DNA of 64,000 nt, taken from assembly GCF_009914755.1 (NCBI RefSeq), contig NC_060947.1; one strand, written 5' to 3'. The translations under genes were made by a program, and so were the position numbers. Origin of the DNA: the human T2T-CHM13v2.0 reference genome, Homo sapiens. Shown here one piece after another: positions 30,714 to 46,103 of the stretch; positions within the stretch are counted from its first letter, which is position 1, and each line of letters starts with the position of its first letter. The notes under the pieces are model-generated. The model made no database searches, was not told where the DNA came from, and was given only the letters and a program-made list of their open reading frames with translations.

Positions 30714-32508
30714 GTTTACATGGATTATCTCATTGCATTTTTACATAAATTACATAAAACACATTTTCCCCCTGAAGGAAACAGTAATATATACATATGT
30801 ATACAAGTATTTGTACCATTTTAATACCAAATAGATCTAGTTTTTAAAAGATATATGTACTGAAAAGATAAAAAAATGTAAAAATTGGAAGGGATAATTA
30901 TTGAAAAATAAGGTGAAGATAGTGGTAAGTTAATACACAAAATACATGCCATACAGTTCTGGAAACTTTGCTGTAGTTGGCCTATAAGTGTTTAACCTAA
31001 TAGTCACATACATTTTATTGATGGATCAGAGACTATTTTATTTAAAACGCTTTCCCAAATTCAGATGTCATGAATTCACATGCCTTCCAGTCCTCACCCC
31101 AAGGGCTAGAAATGTGCTTTTATGAAGTCTTTCTTGCCTTTTTTTGTGGAGTGGGGGCAGGGGGGAGGATTGAAAGAGGGAATGGTACTGCACGGCTAAA
31201 TTTCAAAATTTTGTTCTGTAAGTGGAATTTTAATGTATTCTTCATTTTCTAAAATCCAAGAAACAAGAGAGGCCATAAACTATTTCCTCAAATAAACTTA
31301 GAAACACAGAGACAGTTTTGAAGTCATCAAAGATAAAGTAAAATAACATAAATGATTGAGGTTGAATTATCTGCGAAAAGAACAAACATACTTTACATTT
31401 TGCCATATCCTGGGTCATGAAGTCAAAATGAAATAGTCATTCAAGATCTAAACTCTTTGAAAACTCTGTCAGCCAAAATTTCGAATTTTGACCATGTTTG
31501 CTAAGCATATTGCCTTCTAACTCAAAAAGCAGAAAGAGCAATGCTTATTTTTAATTTTCTTGCACTATGTAGTATTTCATTACATTTGGCCAGTGTTGTG
31601 TTGAGAATGCTCCTGAACAGTTCAATGGATAACTATATCACCTTAATTTCTTTCTTACGAGTTTTAGTGTGGTTTCTCAAGAGAACCATTATACCCATGC
31701 TGACCTAGCATGGGATATACTAGAGGAGTATGTGTGCTTGGTTATCTGAGACAGTATTCTTTTATCATATTTGCCTGTATTTCACTGCTTTGACTTCATT
31801 ATAGATATCTTATATAGACTGAAAAATCATGGACTTATGAAGGCAACAATTCATACCAAAAATAAAGAGTGAACTACTAAATTATGTTACAAATGAAGGA
31901 AGACGTTAATATCAAAGCAAAACTTCCTGTCAACACGTGAGCAGTATAATTCTAATAAGCAGTTAAAATAGCTTAAGAACGTAAAACTTGGGTTTTATAA
32001 ATACATATATATTTGTAAATATTGATCTGGATAGTTATTTTAAGCTGCTTTGAAATCACATTTGTTCCCTTTGGAAATATGCAAGAGAGACAATTACTTG
32101 CCTCTCAGTGGACTATTAAGGTTTGCCTTTGCTTATACCTGGTACAAAATAACTATATATCTGATGTAAGCAACAGAGATATGTTATGCAAGAGTAGATA
32201 CGGTATGAGCAGAATCATGCAAATAAGATTCATATTAGAAATCTTGTGTCCCAACTCTGGTTTGTCAGTGGTGAAAACAGAGTTAACAGGTAATGCATAG
32301 GTTCCCAAATTCCTGATGAAGTAACATCTCTCTAAACTACAGATCAAACCTCCAACAGACTCAGTCAACAAAAGCCATAAGTCTAAAAACCCAAAATGAA
32401 TTTGGCAATGAGAAATAGAGCAGCGAGAAACAGTACTGGGCCTAAAGAGCCAGAATCCATTGACTTAGAATCATTTTTAGTTGGTTGGATTTAAAAGTCT
32501 TAGGTAGG

Positions 32509-33007
<499 letters not shown>

Positions 33008-33259
33008 TCATTTTTCCCATTTGACAATTGAGAATGTTGAGACCCAGAAATGATAGATAACTTACAAAGGTTATACAGCAAGAAAGAAATGAAAATAGTA
33101 GTAGAGCCTGATTCTCTTACCTTCTATTTAGCACTCTTTCCCAGATGCCATGTTGATAGCACTGCCTAAAATGTGTCTAGTTTCGTACTTTTGTCATTGT
33201 TTTGATATAAGGTGCAGTGGGTCAAGAGAACCATGATATTCAATTCGTGACATTTAATC

Positions 33260-33970
33260 TATTTTTATTTTGTTTCTATGTGTGACTGCATGTGTATGTT
33301 CTTTTTTCTGCATACTGCATTTCATTTCCACTCTCCTCCCCAGTACAAACATTGTGTTTTAAGTATAAATTTTTTTATTTGAATGGTGTCCTTTCAAAGT
33401 ATGAATTGCTTTCTGTTTGTGAATTATAATTTATGTAAAATACATTCTGTTAGATATTTCATTTTTCATCTTGTTTTCTCACTAAGGTTTATTATTTGTT
33501 AGGATCCTTCCACATTGCTATACACCTACTCTATGACTTCTCACTTCATGGTGTGTATATATTGAATCTCCATGAAAATTGGGAATAGCGAATTCCAAGC
33601 TATTTATTTCCTTGCCAGGCAGCCCCTTGGCTAGGTGCGCTTATACAGGCACAAGCTATGCATCTGTACATATCTGCAATGAAGCCCATGGTTGTGTATC
33701 CAGCAAATTTTGCCTCTTTGGCCTTGATGGAAACTCAGGTTACTTCTAGCTCTCACCATTACCAATAGCACTGTAATGAATAGCCTTGTATATGTGTCTT
33801 ATGGACCTGCGTGAAAATTTCCCTGGGATAAATGCCAATTGTAGAATTGCTATGTCAAAGGGTATGTATATACTTAATTTGACTAAGTAGTAACAGATGG
33901 ATAGGCAGATTGCTGCTGCTGTCTACCCTACCACCAGTAGAGCACCAAGGCTCCTATGTCACCATATACA
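33260..33970 (-). mobile_element. Old L1M (ME-type) remnant
   Basis: 'catggtgtgtat...ttgatgg...ctgtaatgaatagccttgta...tagaattgctatgtcaaagggtatg...ccaccagtag'. Confidence 0.65.
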
Positions 33971-35156
33971 TGTGGTTGGTTCCTTTTGTATTTCATATAT
34001 TCTTGCCTTGTTTCTCTAGCTGCAGTGAAGGAAGGGACCATTTTAAATGGCTCAGATTATAAATCCTAGGAATTATTAAACTACCAGTGAATATACTTGG
34101 CAGGTGAAAGTCAACCAACTTTCAAAGTGGTTCAAATTAATCATGTGTTTTGTGAGGTATAACTGTTGTTTAATTTGTGTTTTTAGAGCTAAACAATGTT
34201 CTCAATCAGACCCAACTTAGAGTTGTTTTGCTTTTATCTCTGATTTGTTTCTTTCTTTCACCCAATTAAATATGATTTAATTTTACCCATTATTTGCTTT
34301 TTAAACTAAGACAGAATGAAAATGTCAAAAATAATATGACGCTTCTAAACCTGTCAAGTATGAATGTCATGGATCACGAGGATTTACTGTTATATTTTGG
34401 GAAGTTGGCATAATATAAATCGTGACGCTCTTCTGATAGAATGTGTCATCACTTTAAACCCAGATGTCTGAATTTTACAGCAAAGGACTCTGAATAAGGA
34501 AATTCTTCCCATTGATCTGATAATGTTCAAATATATCTTAAGGAAGGGATAGTCAAATGTGCATCATTTAAATGTGATCTTAGATATTTTAATCTATTCA
34601 TTTAATTTATTCTTTACTCATTTGCTTCTCTAATAAAATGAATGACAATAATCTAACTTCAGCCAGCTTCAGAAATGTATTCAGTCATATTATCATGAAA
34701 TATGTAATTCTCATGAGTGACACTGCCTGGCCCACTCACTGTGTCATTGGGATTGCCCTTTCTCTAAGCTCGCATGATAAAATGTCATTCCAGGTGCAAC
34801 TTAAGAGTCACGCTCCCCTTGTCCTTTACAATAATGCTAGGTAAATAGCAGGAACTCAGTAAATATGCACCAACTAACTGATAGGTAACTTTTAAAATAT
34901 GAAATCTTCTATTCTTTGACTCTGTAGAGAAAGTGTTTTTCTTCAGCTCTATATGAATACCAGATATTTACTGAATGTTTTGCCACGTCTCAGTCTTGCA
35001 TTTGCACGTCCGCACACTACTTTTATGCCATCTGTTGTCTTTCGTCATTCAACTGCTTATATAGGTGAAGAATAAAAACGGAGAGTGACAGATTAGCTGT
35101 ATTCTATCTTCTAACAGTTTATTATAACAGTTTAGTTAGCTTTCATCCCTTCTTAA

Positions 35157-35221
35157 ACACACACACACAGAGTGAGAGAGAGAGAGGGAAAGAGAAAGGG
35201 AGAGAGAGAGAGAGAGAGAGA
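35157..35221. repeat. Compound (AC)n(AG)n microsatellite
   Basis: Read directly from the sequence. Confidence 0.9.
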
Positions 35222-36300
35222 ACCGAAACAAAGTATTCTCTCACTTTCTTCTCTTTTAAATATAATTAATTTTAGTAACCATTGTGGGATAGAGGTGGGG
35301 CCGGTCTGAGATGAAAACAAAAATTGAGCAAAACAGCCATAAATTGTTTGTATAGAGTGAGCATCTCATTCCCAATTATTTGTTCAATGCTATTGACATA
35401 AAGTTTCCTGTGTTCTAAAGAATTAATGGCATCACATCCTCTTGACTGTGCTGTTGCTTACTTGGCCATGGGTGTCCTGAAGTAGGTGACCATAAAATGT
35501 ATTATTGAAATTGGGGCAGGCTTTTAGCTTTGTTAATAATTCTGTTGACAACAGGGGTGAAACAAGACATATGCTTATCCTGCCCTCAGGAAGCATCAGA
35601 ATGAGTAGCTTTTAAATTCGCTGCCACCATGATGACTTGAAGGATCAGAAAGCCTCTTATACTTGACGCAGAAACATTGTAGAACACCTGTAAAGTGGCC
35701 AAGGTAGTGGAAAAAACATTCAATTGGGAGTAGTTAAACCTGTATGATACTGAACCAAGGAGCAAAATGATGAGTCTAAGGCAAGGAGAAGTCAGACGTA
35801 GAATTCCTAATCCGTACGAGACTGTACCTCGTCAAGCAAAACTTGGGAGTTTTAAAATGAAATTTTGGAAGAAATGAATTATTACAATAGCAATAACCAT
35901 TTTTGTTACCATCCTGGTTTTCCTGATCTCTACATATTGGCATGCCCTGGATTCAGTCCTTGGTGTCTTGGATCTTCCCTTTCTATACTTACAGTCTTAT
36001 AGTCTCAGAAAATCACCTTATATATCAATGCCCTCAAATTTACATCTGTGGCTCAAAGCCTTCTACTCATATCCAAACTTGGATATACAACTTGCTACTC
36101 AACATCTCTAACAGTAAGTCAGTGGACATCTTCACATGTCCTAACCTGAACTCCTGTCCCCCCGCAAAGCCTGTGACTTTCAATTTTTAATTGATAACAA
36201 CTTCATCTGTGTTTGCTCAGGCTAAATGGTTTGGTGTTGCCCCGACTTCTCTCCTCATTTCACATCCCATCCCTAATAAATCAGCTTTAACACTAAAATA

Positions 36301-37376
<1,076 letters not shown>

Positions 37377-38239
37377 AGAATTAGACAACTTCTAATCTCT
37401 ATTCCCGATCTTCATCACTGTTATGATCTCTTGTCTCAATTACTGCTAGAGTTTCTCAAGTGGTCTGAAAATCAGCACTTTCTACCCATGCCTCAAACTG
37501 CCTAGTCTTTGTATAGTAACCGGAATGTTCCTCTTTAAGCAAAGAGCAGAATGTGTAATTGCTCTGTGCCCACTCTTGCAATTGCTTCCATTGCATTCCA
37601 AAGAAAAGCTAGAGTTTTTACAAGAGCTAGTAAGGCTTTTTATAATGTGGCCTCCTGTGTCCTCTCTAACCTTATTCATTATTCTCATCTGCAGTCAATT
37701 CACTTGAGCCACAGATGCTTCCCACATACATGTCTGTGCATGCCTTGGGGCATGGACACTGCTTGTTCTTTCTCCTTTCTTCTGGAGGCTGTCCTTCCAG
37801 ATATGCCAGAATTAACTTTTTCATCTTAGTCTTTACTTCGATATATTCTTCTCAATGAGGCCAATTTAAAATTCAAGCGTAACTTCCCCCACCTCCAGCA
37901 CCTACCTATTTCCCCTACAATTTTCTTTGATCCATAACATTTATCATCCTCAAATATACTCTGTACTTGATTTATTTTTAATGTTTATATTACGTTCCTC
38001 CAACAGGAATAGAAGCTCCATAAGGGCAGAGATCTTTGTCAATTTTGCTCATAGATAATTCCCAAGTACCTAGGACAGTATCTACTAGATGCTTATAAAT
38101 ATTTGCAGAATGAATAGATAAAGTAAGAAGCCCAGTGATGTCAAGAAAATGAATTACCCTCTGTGCACCTCAAGTTGTGCAAACTAAAAAGATTAAATAA
38201 AATGGTTTCTATATGTCAACCAAGCGCACATGTGTACAT

Positions 38240-38628
38240 TTTGTGTCTTGTGGGGATCCTGATTCAGAAATCAAATGCAAAAAAAAAGAAAAAAGAGAGT
38301 GAGATACTAAGAGGTATTTGACCATGGCTTGTTATTCCATTATTTTAAAAAATTATTCTTATGTCAATACATGTGATAATCATAAGCCCTTTGGTTAAGG
38401 GCTTATGTGTTTGGGATGCAAAATGAAGTATTTAGAAATAAACTGATATGAAATTGAGGATGTGGTTTTAAATATTCCAGGAAAAAAAATAAGTGAAAGG
38501 AATAAATCAAACAAAATTGGCAAATACTGCTAATTGTTGATGAGGGGTGATAGGTGCATAGGAGTATATTGTAGTGTTCTCATTACTTTTGTGCATGTTT
38601 GAAATATCCCATAATAAAAGAATTAAAA
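38240..38628 (+). mobile_element. Old L1M 3' remnant
   Basis: 'ggatcctgattca...acaaaattggcaaa...ggggtgataggtgcataggag...gtttgaaatatcccataataaaa'. Confidence 0.65.
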
Positions 38629-39144
38629 TTGGTAACCTCTGAAGTCCCTCACTACTCAAAAAATCTTTTATTAGAGCCATCATTTTATAAGTAGATCATT
38701 TGTATCAGATATTAAGAGGATCATTGGGATCCCCGAGATAATTCCACAGTATAACGAAAACATAAAGGAAGATAAAGAGAGAAAATCCAATAGAATGTCA
38801 TTTATAAACTAAACCTTCAACTGTAAATGATAGTTGTTCTAAACTGTGGCTCTGTCTAAAGAATTTTACCCAAATTTCCATTCATTGTGAATAACTAATG
38901 CAAGTAAATGGGTAAATTATGTCTGTATATTTAATCATTGTACAAATTATATCCCATAATTCCATTAGCAGAATGGAGTACAAACTTTTTTCTAAATAAG
39001 TCCTTACTAAATAGATTTAACAGCAATAACTATGCAATTTGACTAAGCAACAAACTGCCATTTAAACTATATATTACTATATAATATAATATGTCATTAA
39101 AATATAAATACTAAAGGCTGTCAAGATTTTTTTTTAAAGGATTG

Positions 39145-39465
<321 letters not shown>

Positions 39466-40173
39466 TCATAGATTGGTATAGATATAAATTGTGTAATGTG
39501 GATATACAAGTAATGAGACACTGTTACATGAATAAGTTCTGAATCGTGAGTCATTTTGATGATAAAACATAGAGGAGAAACAGATGAGATCATGGATATA
39601 ACTTGTTTGAAAATGGTCTCATCCCATAAAGTATAGAGAGGCAGAACATTATAAATAGGACAGTTAGGTGAAGAAAAAAATATATATGGGATTTGACACA
39701 AGGGCAAAATATTCTTATTAATTGTTGAAAATCTAGGAAAAATAATAATGAAAAACTTTAATAATTGAGTAATTTAACCATGATTTCTTGAGGCTATGTC
39801 TTTTTTTATGACAAAACATGCTGATATAGAGGATCAAAATTAGATCATAGAAATCATAGAGACAGCAAACAGCATTTTTGTTTTCTTTGCTGTCATTTTG
39901 TTATCTTGGCTTCAGACTTTTTTATCATTGTTTTGTTTATTACTTATATGTTATAAACTGTCTCCCCTGGCCCCCAATCTCCTGAAAGTTTTAGAAGCTT
40001 GATCTGGTCCATTCTCTGCTTGAACCACAGTAACAAGTATCTCCTGGCCCCTCCTTCCATCCGCAAAGTTGGATTAAATCCTACATTCTCAATTGAACTC
40101 AAATGAAAATGATCACTTCTTCCTTAAACATTAACTCTCTCAACAAATAGCTTCAGATTTATGGTCTTAATGA

Positions 40174-40573
<400 letters not shown>

Positions 40574-40594
40574 TGTTTCTTGTATTTTCTACAG

Positions 40595-41379
40595 CAGTGA
40601 TTTTCAAACTTTTTTGATGTATTGACACATATACAATACTGTAACACTCGTGACACCTCCTGGAGTTTTGCAGCACTTTGCCTACAAACACCTGCAACTC
40701 AAACAAAAGTTCGCTGAGCTAACACTTATTTTCACTATATTCTCAGGTAAGAATCCAACCTTATGGAGGGTGGCAAAGGTTAAGATTTCAAAGGAGATGG
40801 CTAAGCAAGCAAAATGTTGGCCTGTCACAACTCCATAGGTGCTCAAAGTAGACAATGAGATTCAATGGGTTAGAGCATGAGTCTTTAATATTCACAATAT
40901 AGCAAATAGCAGGAACAGTAGCATGGTAGTACCAGTTCCTCTGCCTCAAGTATTACGAGGTGACACAAGAGGCCAAAACGGTGACTATGCACACAGTGGG
41001 TTGTGCTGCAGCTGGGGAATACAGGGCCAAGGTCTCACCATGTAGTAAACAACTAACAAGACAGTCTCCTTTCCCTGGAGAGAAAAGCCTTATGGTAGTC
41101 ATGCTGTGGTCACTTTTACCTAATTAATTGCCTACGTGACTAGCTACAGAAACTGCTCAGTACCATGGTATCAAGGGATGATAAAGCCTTAGAATTTGTC
41201 ACACTTAAAAAGGACAGGCAGGGTTGTTTATCGCCCATGATGGACTGCCCTTTTCAACAAACCTGTGATACATGATTGAATTGTTTATTTTACTCCACTT
41301 TGATAAAATGCTAGTCTAGACCAAATCAATTGACTTCATGACCCAATAATAGATACAACTCACAGTTTGAAAATCACTG
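40595..41379. mobile_element. hAT-Charlie MITE split by an LTR
   Basis: Perfect 16-bp terminal inverted repeats cagtgattttcaaact (40595-40610) / agtttgaaaatcactg (41364-41379). Confidence 0.75.
40747..41259. mobile_element. Old ERVL-type LTR (LTR41-like)
   Basis: Higher-GC block inside the hAT element, loosely similar to 11394-11798 ('ttggcctgtcaca...ctttaatattcaca...gggttgtgctgcagctggggaa'). Confidence 0.5.
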
Positions 41380-41834
41380 CCTTAGATTCCTAGTAAATGC
41401 CTTGCAGATTCTAATTCAAAAAGCCATTGTTAAACACCAAATATTTGCCAGGTAGTGTGTTCCATGCTCAGAAGACAATGTTATAGCTGTTACAGCAGAA
41501 GAATCATGGTCTTTGTAACAACTGTAGTTTAACTTCCCATTTTGCTATTTATTTAGTCATTGTTTAGTATTTTGGTCTTTATTATCTTATTTTGTTCTTG
41601 CGAAGTTAAAACATGATAATCTTGGTGAGGCACCTTGTGCATTGCCAGGTAGCTGCCAGGTATTTATCTTAAATAATCTGCCTTCCATGGATTTCTTTGC
41701 AGTGAAATATTACACATAAGTTAAAGAAAAAATATTGAAGTGGCACTTTAAGAAACTGCATGAAAATTGAAATTACTGATTGAACTCTTGAACTTAGAAA
41801 ACACAAATCATCTATATTAAAATTTATACATTTT

Positions 41835-41835
41835 T

Positions 41836-41893
<58 letters not shown>
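41835..41893. repeat. Compound (TC)n(AC)n microsatellite
   Basis: Read directly from the sequence. Confidence 0.95.
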
Positions 41894-41895
<2 letters not shown>

Positions 41896-44852
41896 ACTTG
41901 TATTATACAAAAGCCAGTTAATGAGATGTAAAATAAACTTGAAGCCCGATGTGGCAAAGACCAAAGGAAACAGAAGAAAGAAAAATCTGAGATTAAAAAA
42001 ATAAATTTGTTTTTCCTTATATCCTATAGGTAGCTTTGAAACTTTGTGTAATTGATATTACTTACTATTCATTAATTTTCTGGTTATAATTCTTTAAAGA
42101 CAAAGTCAATCAAAATGTTATGTTTGCTGTTTTTTGTACAGAAAAAAATCTCATTTGTTTCCTCTACCAATAAAATGCCATGACAATGTAGAATAAATAT
42201 ATAATTTACTTCATAGTGCAGGATTATGCTGAAGTATACATGAAACTATTGTCCAATGAAACTGCTTTGGTATGATAAGTTTTTATATAAATATCAACCT
42301 GGACACATCCGGTATAATTTTTATTTTGTAATGTTTGGCTTAACCAGTGCACTCTCTTTGTTACCATTTACAAATGACCATGCTAGCTATTTCTTCAGTC
42401 TATGGAGAAACATGGAAGCCTAAAATATTTTTTTAAATAGCTATTTCCTCATATCTCCTAGGTAAGACATATCCAAAGCACGACAAAAGAAAGCTACCCT
42501 GTCTTTATATTAAATCTTGTTGAGGAATATTTATAGCATCCCAGAGTTATAACTATTTTAGGGTGACAATGCAACTGATGTTGAGCAATTATGTTCTGCT
42601 GCTATATCCTATGTCTATGGTCTTAATTATTAAAAACCAAGAAATATAAACCTAAAATTGTTGACTGCTACCTAAAGATAAAGATCATTATTAAAATACT
42701 GATGACAAGAAGTTTCATTATTAAAACAATAATGTACAACTATGGATTCACTTTAAAAACTTGGTTTATTCATCTGTATTCAAGAAACAGAGTTAATATC
42801 AAAGAAGGCAAAGAATATTGAAGCATATTAAGGAATGCTGTGATTTAGCATTTGTAGTCATGTTAATGGCATCAGACTATAAAATTATAATATTCCCTCA
42901 ATTTAGCCACGTAAAAATAAATCACTTAATGACAAAAGTACATATTTTAGCAATCTGGGATTTCATGTGGAAGAAATATTGATTTGCCACTGCATCTGCA
43001 TGTCAACTCACATACTTGAGTAAAAACTAGTATTTCTGAGAAGACACGAAATCACTTTGAACCTATTAAAATGGACAAAAGTGACAATCAGTTGATGATA
43101 TGAAATGCGGTCTTTTGAGCCAAACTTTGACAATTTATAATTTTCTGTTGTGTGATAAATTTTAAATGGAAACAGTTGCATAACTCACTAGAGTCAGAAC
43201 ATACATTATAAATAATTTAGTCCATACCCTTTGATTAATCGATAATTGGGAAATAAGTGAAATGTCAGAAGTCTGCCAAGTAGTTATTGGGTGAGCCAAG
43301 ACTCAAATCTAGATAAAGTATTTATTCTACTATACAAATTAATGTCATTAAAATTATTGCTTTATTTATGTATTCACGTGAATATTCTCTAAGTGTTTTT
43401 AAACACTTACAATGTACCAGGCCCTGTGCTAGGACCTGGGGATAAAAATGGAAAAGATATGGGTCTGTCATCTAGAGATACTGTGGTTTAGCAAGGGAGT
43501 GAGCTACTAATATGAAGAAGGAGAAGGAGAAGGATAAATTATTATAGTACAGTATGATAATTGTGCTAAAAGTCATCACAGAGTTCTAGGATTGTGCCCA
43601 GTACCCTTTGACTAGTAGAGAGGGGAGAGGTCTCACTTGAATTACATCCCTTCTTATCTGGACTGTTGCATCTTGAAAGATCTCGCCACTTCCAGTTTGA
43701 CCTTCCTCCAAATATTTCCTCCAAATTGCTGCTGGGGTGGTCTTTCTAAAATCTGAAATTTAATCAGAGCACTCACCTGTATAAGAACCATCAGAGTTTC
43801 TCCATTTCTTCAAAATGAAGTTCAAATTCATTATCTTATCATGAGACCTTTCATGATCTGGCTTTAGTCAATCACTCCAGCCTTACTTCCTGCTACTCTT
43901 TCAGAAACATTCTCCAATTCAAAAGCATAGATCTACTTATAGTCACCTCTAGGTCTGGGTCAAAGAGCTTGAGAGCATTGTAGCTCGAAGGCCACCATTA
44001 ACTCAATGAAATCAGCAGTAATCTTTAAAGAAAAAAAAAAAAGAAAAATTGGCAATAGGAGTCCTGTGGGAGAAGTTAAAGTTTGTAATAGTGACTAAGA
44101 TGATAGGGAGAGAGGAATTCTGGGCCGTTAATAAATCAATGATAAGGTACAGTTAGGGCTAAGCGTGCTTTTGTTTCCCTAATAATTTATGTGTAATTTA
44201 ACAACTAAATTAATTGAAAACCATGTTTGAATCTCACCTTACCAACTGCCCACCTGGTTGAAAATTAAATACTATTGAATCTTAAAGACAGGTATTTTTT
44301 AGACCAATTTATATATTTTGCTGTTCATGTTATAGATTTCAATTTGACATAATAATTCACCACAATTAAAAATGTTCTTGAAGTAAAAGATATTTACATG
44401 TCTAACATATCTAAATAGCTTGAAAAATTACATGAAACATTAGTACATTTTTGGAGACTCTTATCTTGCCCTTATTTTCCAAAGGATAAGTTCTTGAAAT
44501 TGAGTAAACGACAGAAATAGCATAGCTAGATTATAATTTTGAATAATGCTGAATACTTTCTGATCTGGAACCTGTAAAACGTGGCTGTAGTGAGGGAGCT
44601 ACTCTTGGTTGCACAAGGGAATTGGGAACTGATTGTGGTTACGTGAAAATCGTAAATGTCGGATCTCAGTTTAATTGTGGTAGAAATATGTGGTAGATGA
44701 TTCTGAGTATTAAACAGCTGTGTAAATATTGGAAGAGCAGAAAATCTAACATAATACAACAAATACATAGATCTTCTGATGTTCTTCTTTTTAAAAAGCT
44801 GTAAATTAAAATCCTGTGTAGGAAAAATAAAGGTAAGATGCAGTGTACAAAT

Positions 44853-45249
44853 CAGGGTTTCTCAACTCTGGCTACACATTGCAGTCACTCAGGGAGATTT
44901 CAAAATAAACTCATATCTGGGTCCCACTGCTAGACATTCTGCATCAGTTGGTCTGAGGTAATGGCTAGGCATTAGTATTGCTTTTCTTTTCCTTTTTTCT
45001 TTTTAAGATGTAGTCTCACTTTGTCACCCAGGCTAGAGTGCAGTGGTGCAATCTTGGCTCCCTGGCTCAATGCAACCTCCACCTACCGGGTTCAAGCGAT
45101 TCTACTGCCTCGGCCTCCTGAGTAGCTGGGACTACAGGCACCCGCCACCACGCCCAGCTAATATTTGTATTTTTAGTAGAGATGGGGCCACCACACCCGG
45201 CCTTAGTGTATATCTGTTTCTGCTGTGCAACCTGAGTTGAGAACTACTG
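44853..45249. mobile_element. MER5-like hAT fossil split by an Alu
   Basis: 'cagggtttctcaactctggctacacattgcagtcac...' and '...gttgagaactactg'. Confidence 0.75.
44983..45212 (-). mobile_element. Alu with most of the left monomer deleted
   Basis: 'gtagagatgggg' joins directly to 'ccaccacacccggcc'. Confidence 0.93.
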
Positions 45250-45685
45250 GTTAACATAGATGAAAATAAGGTTCATATATTTCAGTTATAAAAAATAAGG
45301 CAGAAAACTTATCCAATGTTATTAGAATTTTTCCTTGCATAGCTATCATGCAATGATGTAGTTAACAAAAATTAAATTGCTTACCTGCAATTTTATGATG
45401 AAACTGACCAAACACACCTTCCAAAGATCAATGGAATGAAGGCAAAATCAGATAGAAGTGTATTTCACTGTCTTTTGTGATTTCACCTCTACCTGACTAA
45501 AACTACTAATGCTCAGGAGAACGAATCAACTGACAGTGCATTTTTATATACCCCGTGAAGGTCTCATAAATAAGACATGGCTGAAATTAGGTAGGAGGAA
45601 CATTTATCTTGAAAATCCAAAATTCCTAAAGCAAGGGATCATATACTGCATATGTTACCGTCATTATGCCAAAGGAGCAATGTAT

Positions 45686-45688
45686 ACA

Positions 45689-45741
<53 letters not shown>
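45686..45741. repeat. (CA)n microsatellite
   Basis: Read directly from the sequence. Confidence 0.95.
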
Positions 45742-45743
<2 letters not shown>

Positions 45744-45797
45744 GACAGACTTCTCCAGCTCTCTGAACTACAAGATGCTTTATAAAACCTTCACATG

Positions 45798-46103
45798 GGC
45801 CAGGCGCAGTGGCTCACGCCCGTAATGCCAGCACTTTGGGAGGCCGAGGCGGGCGGATCACGAGGTCAGGAGTTTGAAACCAACCTGACCAACATGGTGA
45901 AATCCCATCTCTACTAAAAGTACAAAAATAAGCCAGGCGTGGTGGCATGCGCCTGTAATCCCAGCTACTCAGGAGGCTGAGGCAGGAGAATCGCTTGACC
46001 CAGGAGGCGGAGGTTGCAGTGAGCCAAGATCTTGCCATTGCACTCCAACCTGGGCGACAGAGTGAGAGAGCGAGATTCCGTCAAAAAAAAAAAAAAAAAA
46101 AAA
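45798..46103 (+). mobile_element. Alu (AluSg-like)
   Basis: Full dimer, A-tail; TSD aaaaccttcacatg / aaaacctgcacatg. Confidence 0.97.

Noticed and set aside
45380-45500. Possible minus-strand exon ending at a consensus donor CAG|GTAAGC
   Set aside because: The upstream acceptor is weak and all three frames contain stops. A single consensus donor is expected by chance in 64 kb.
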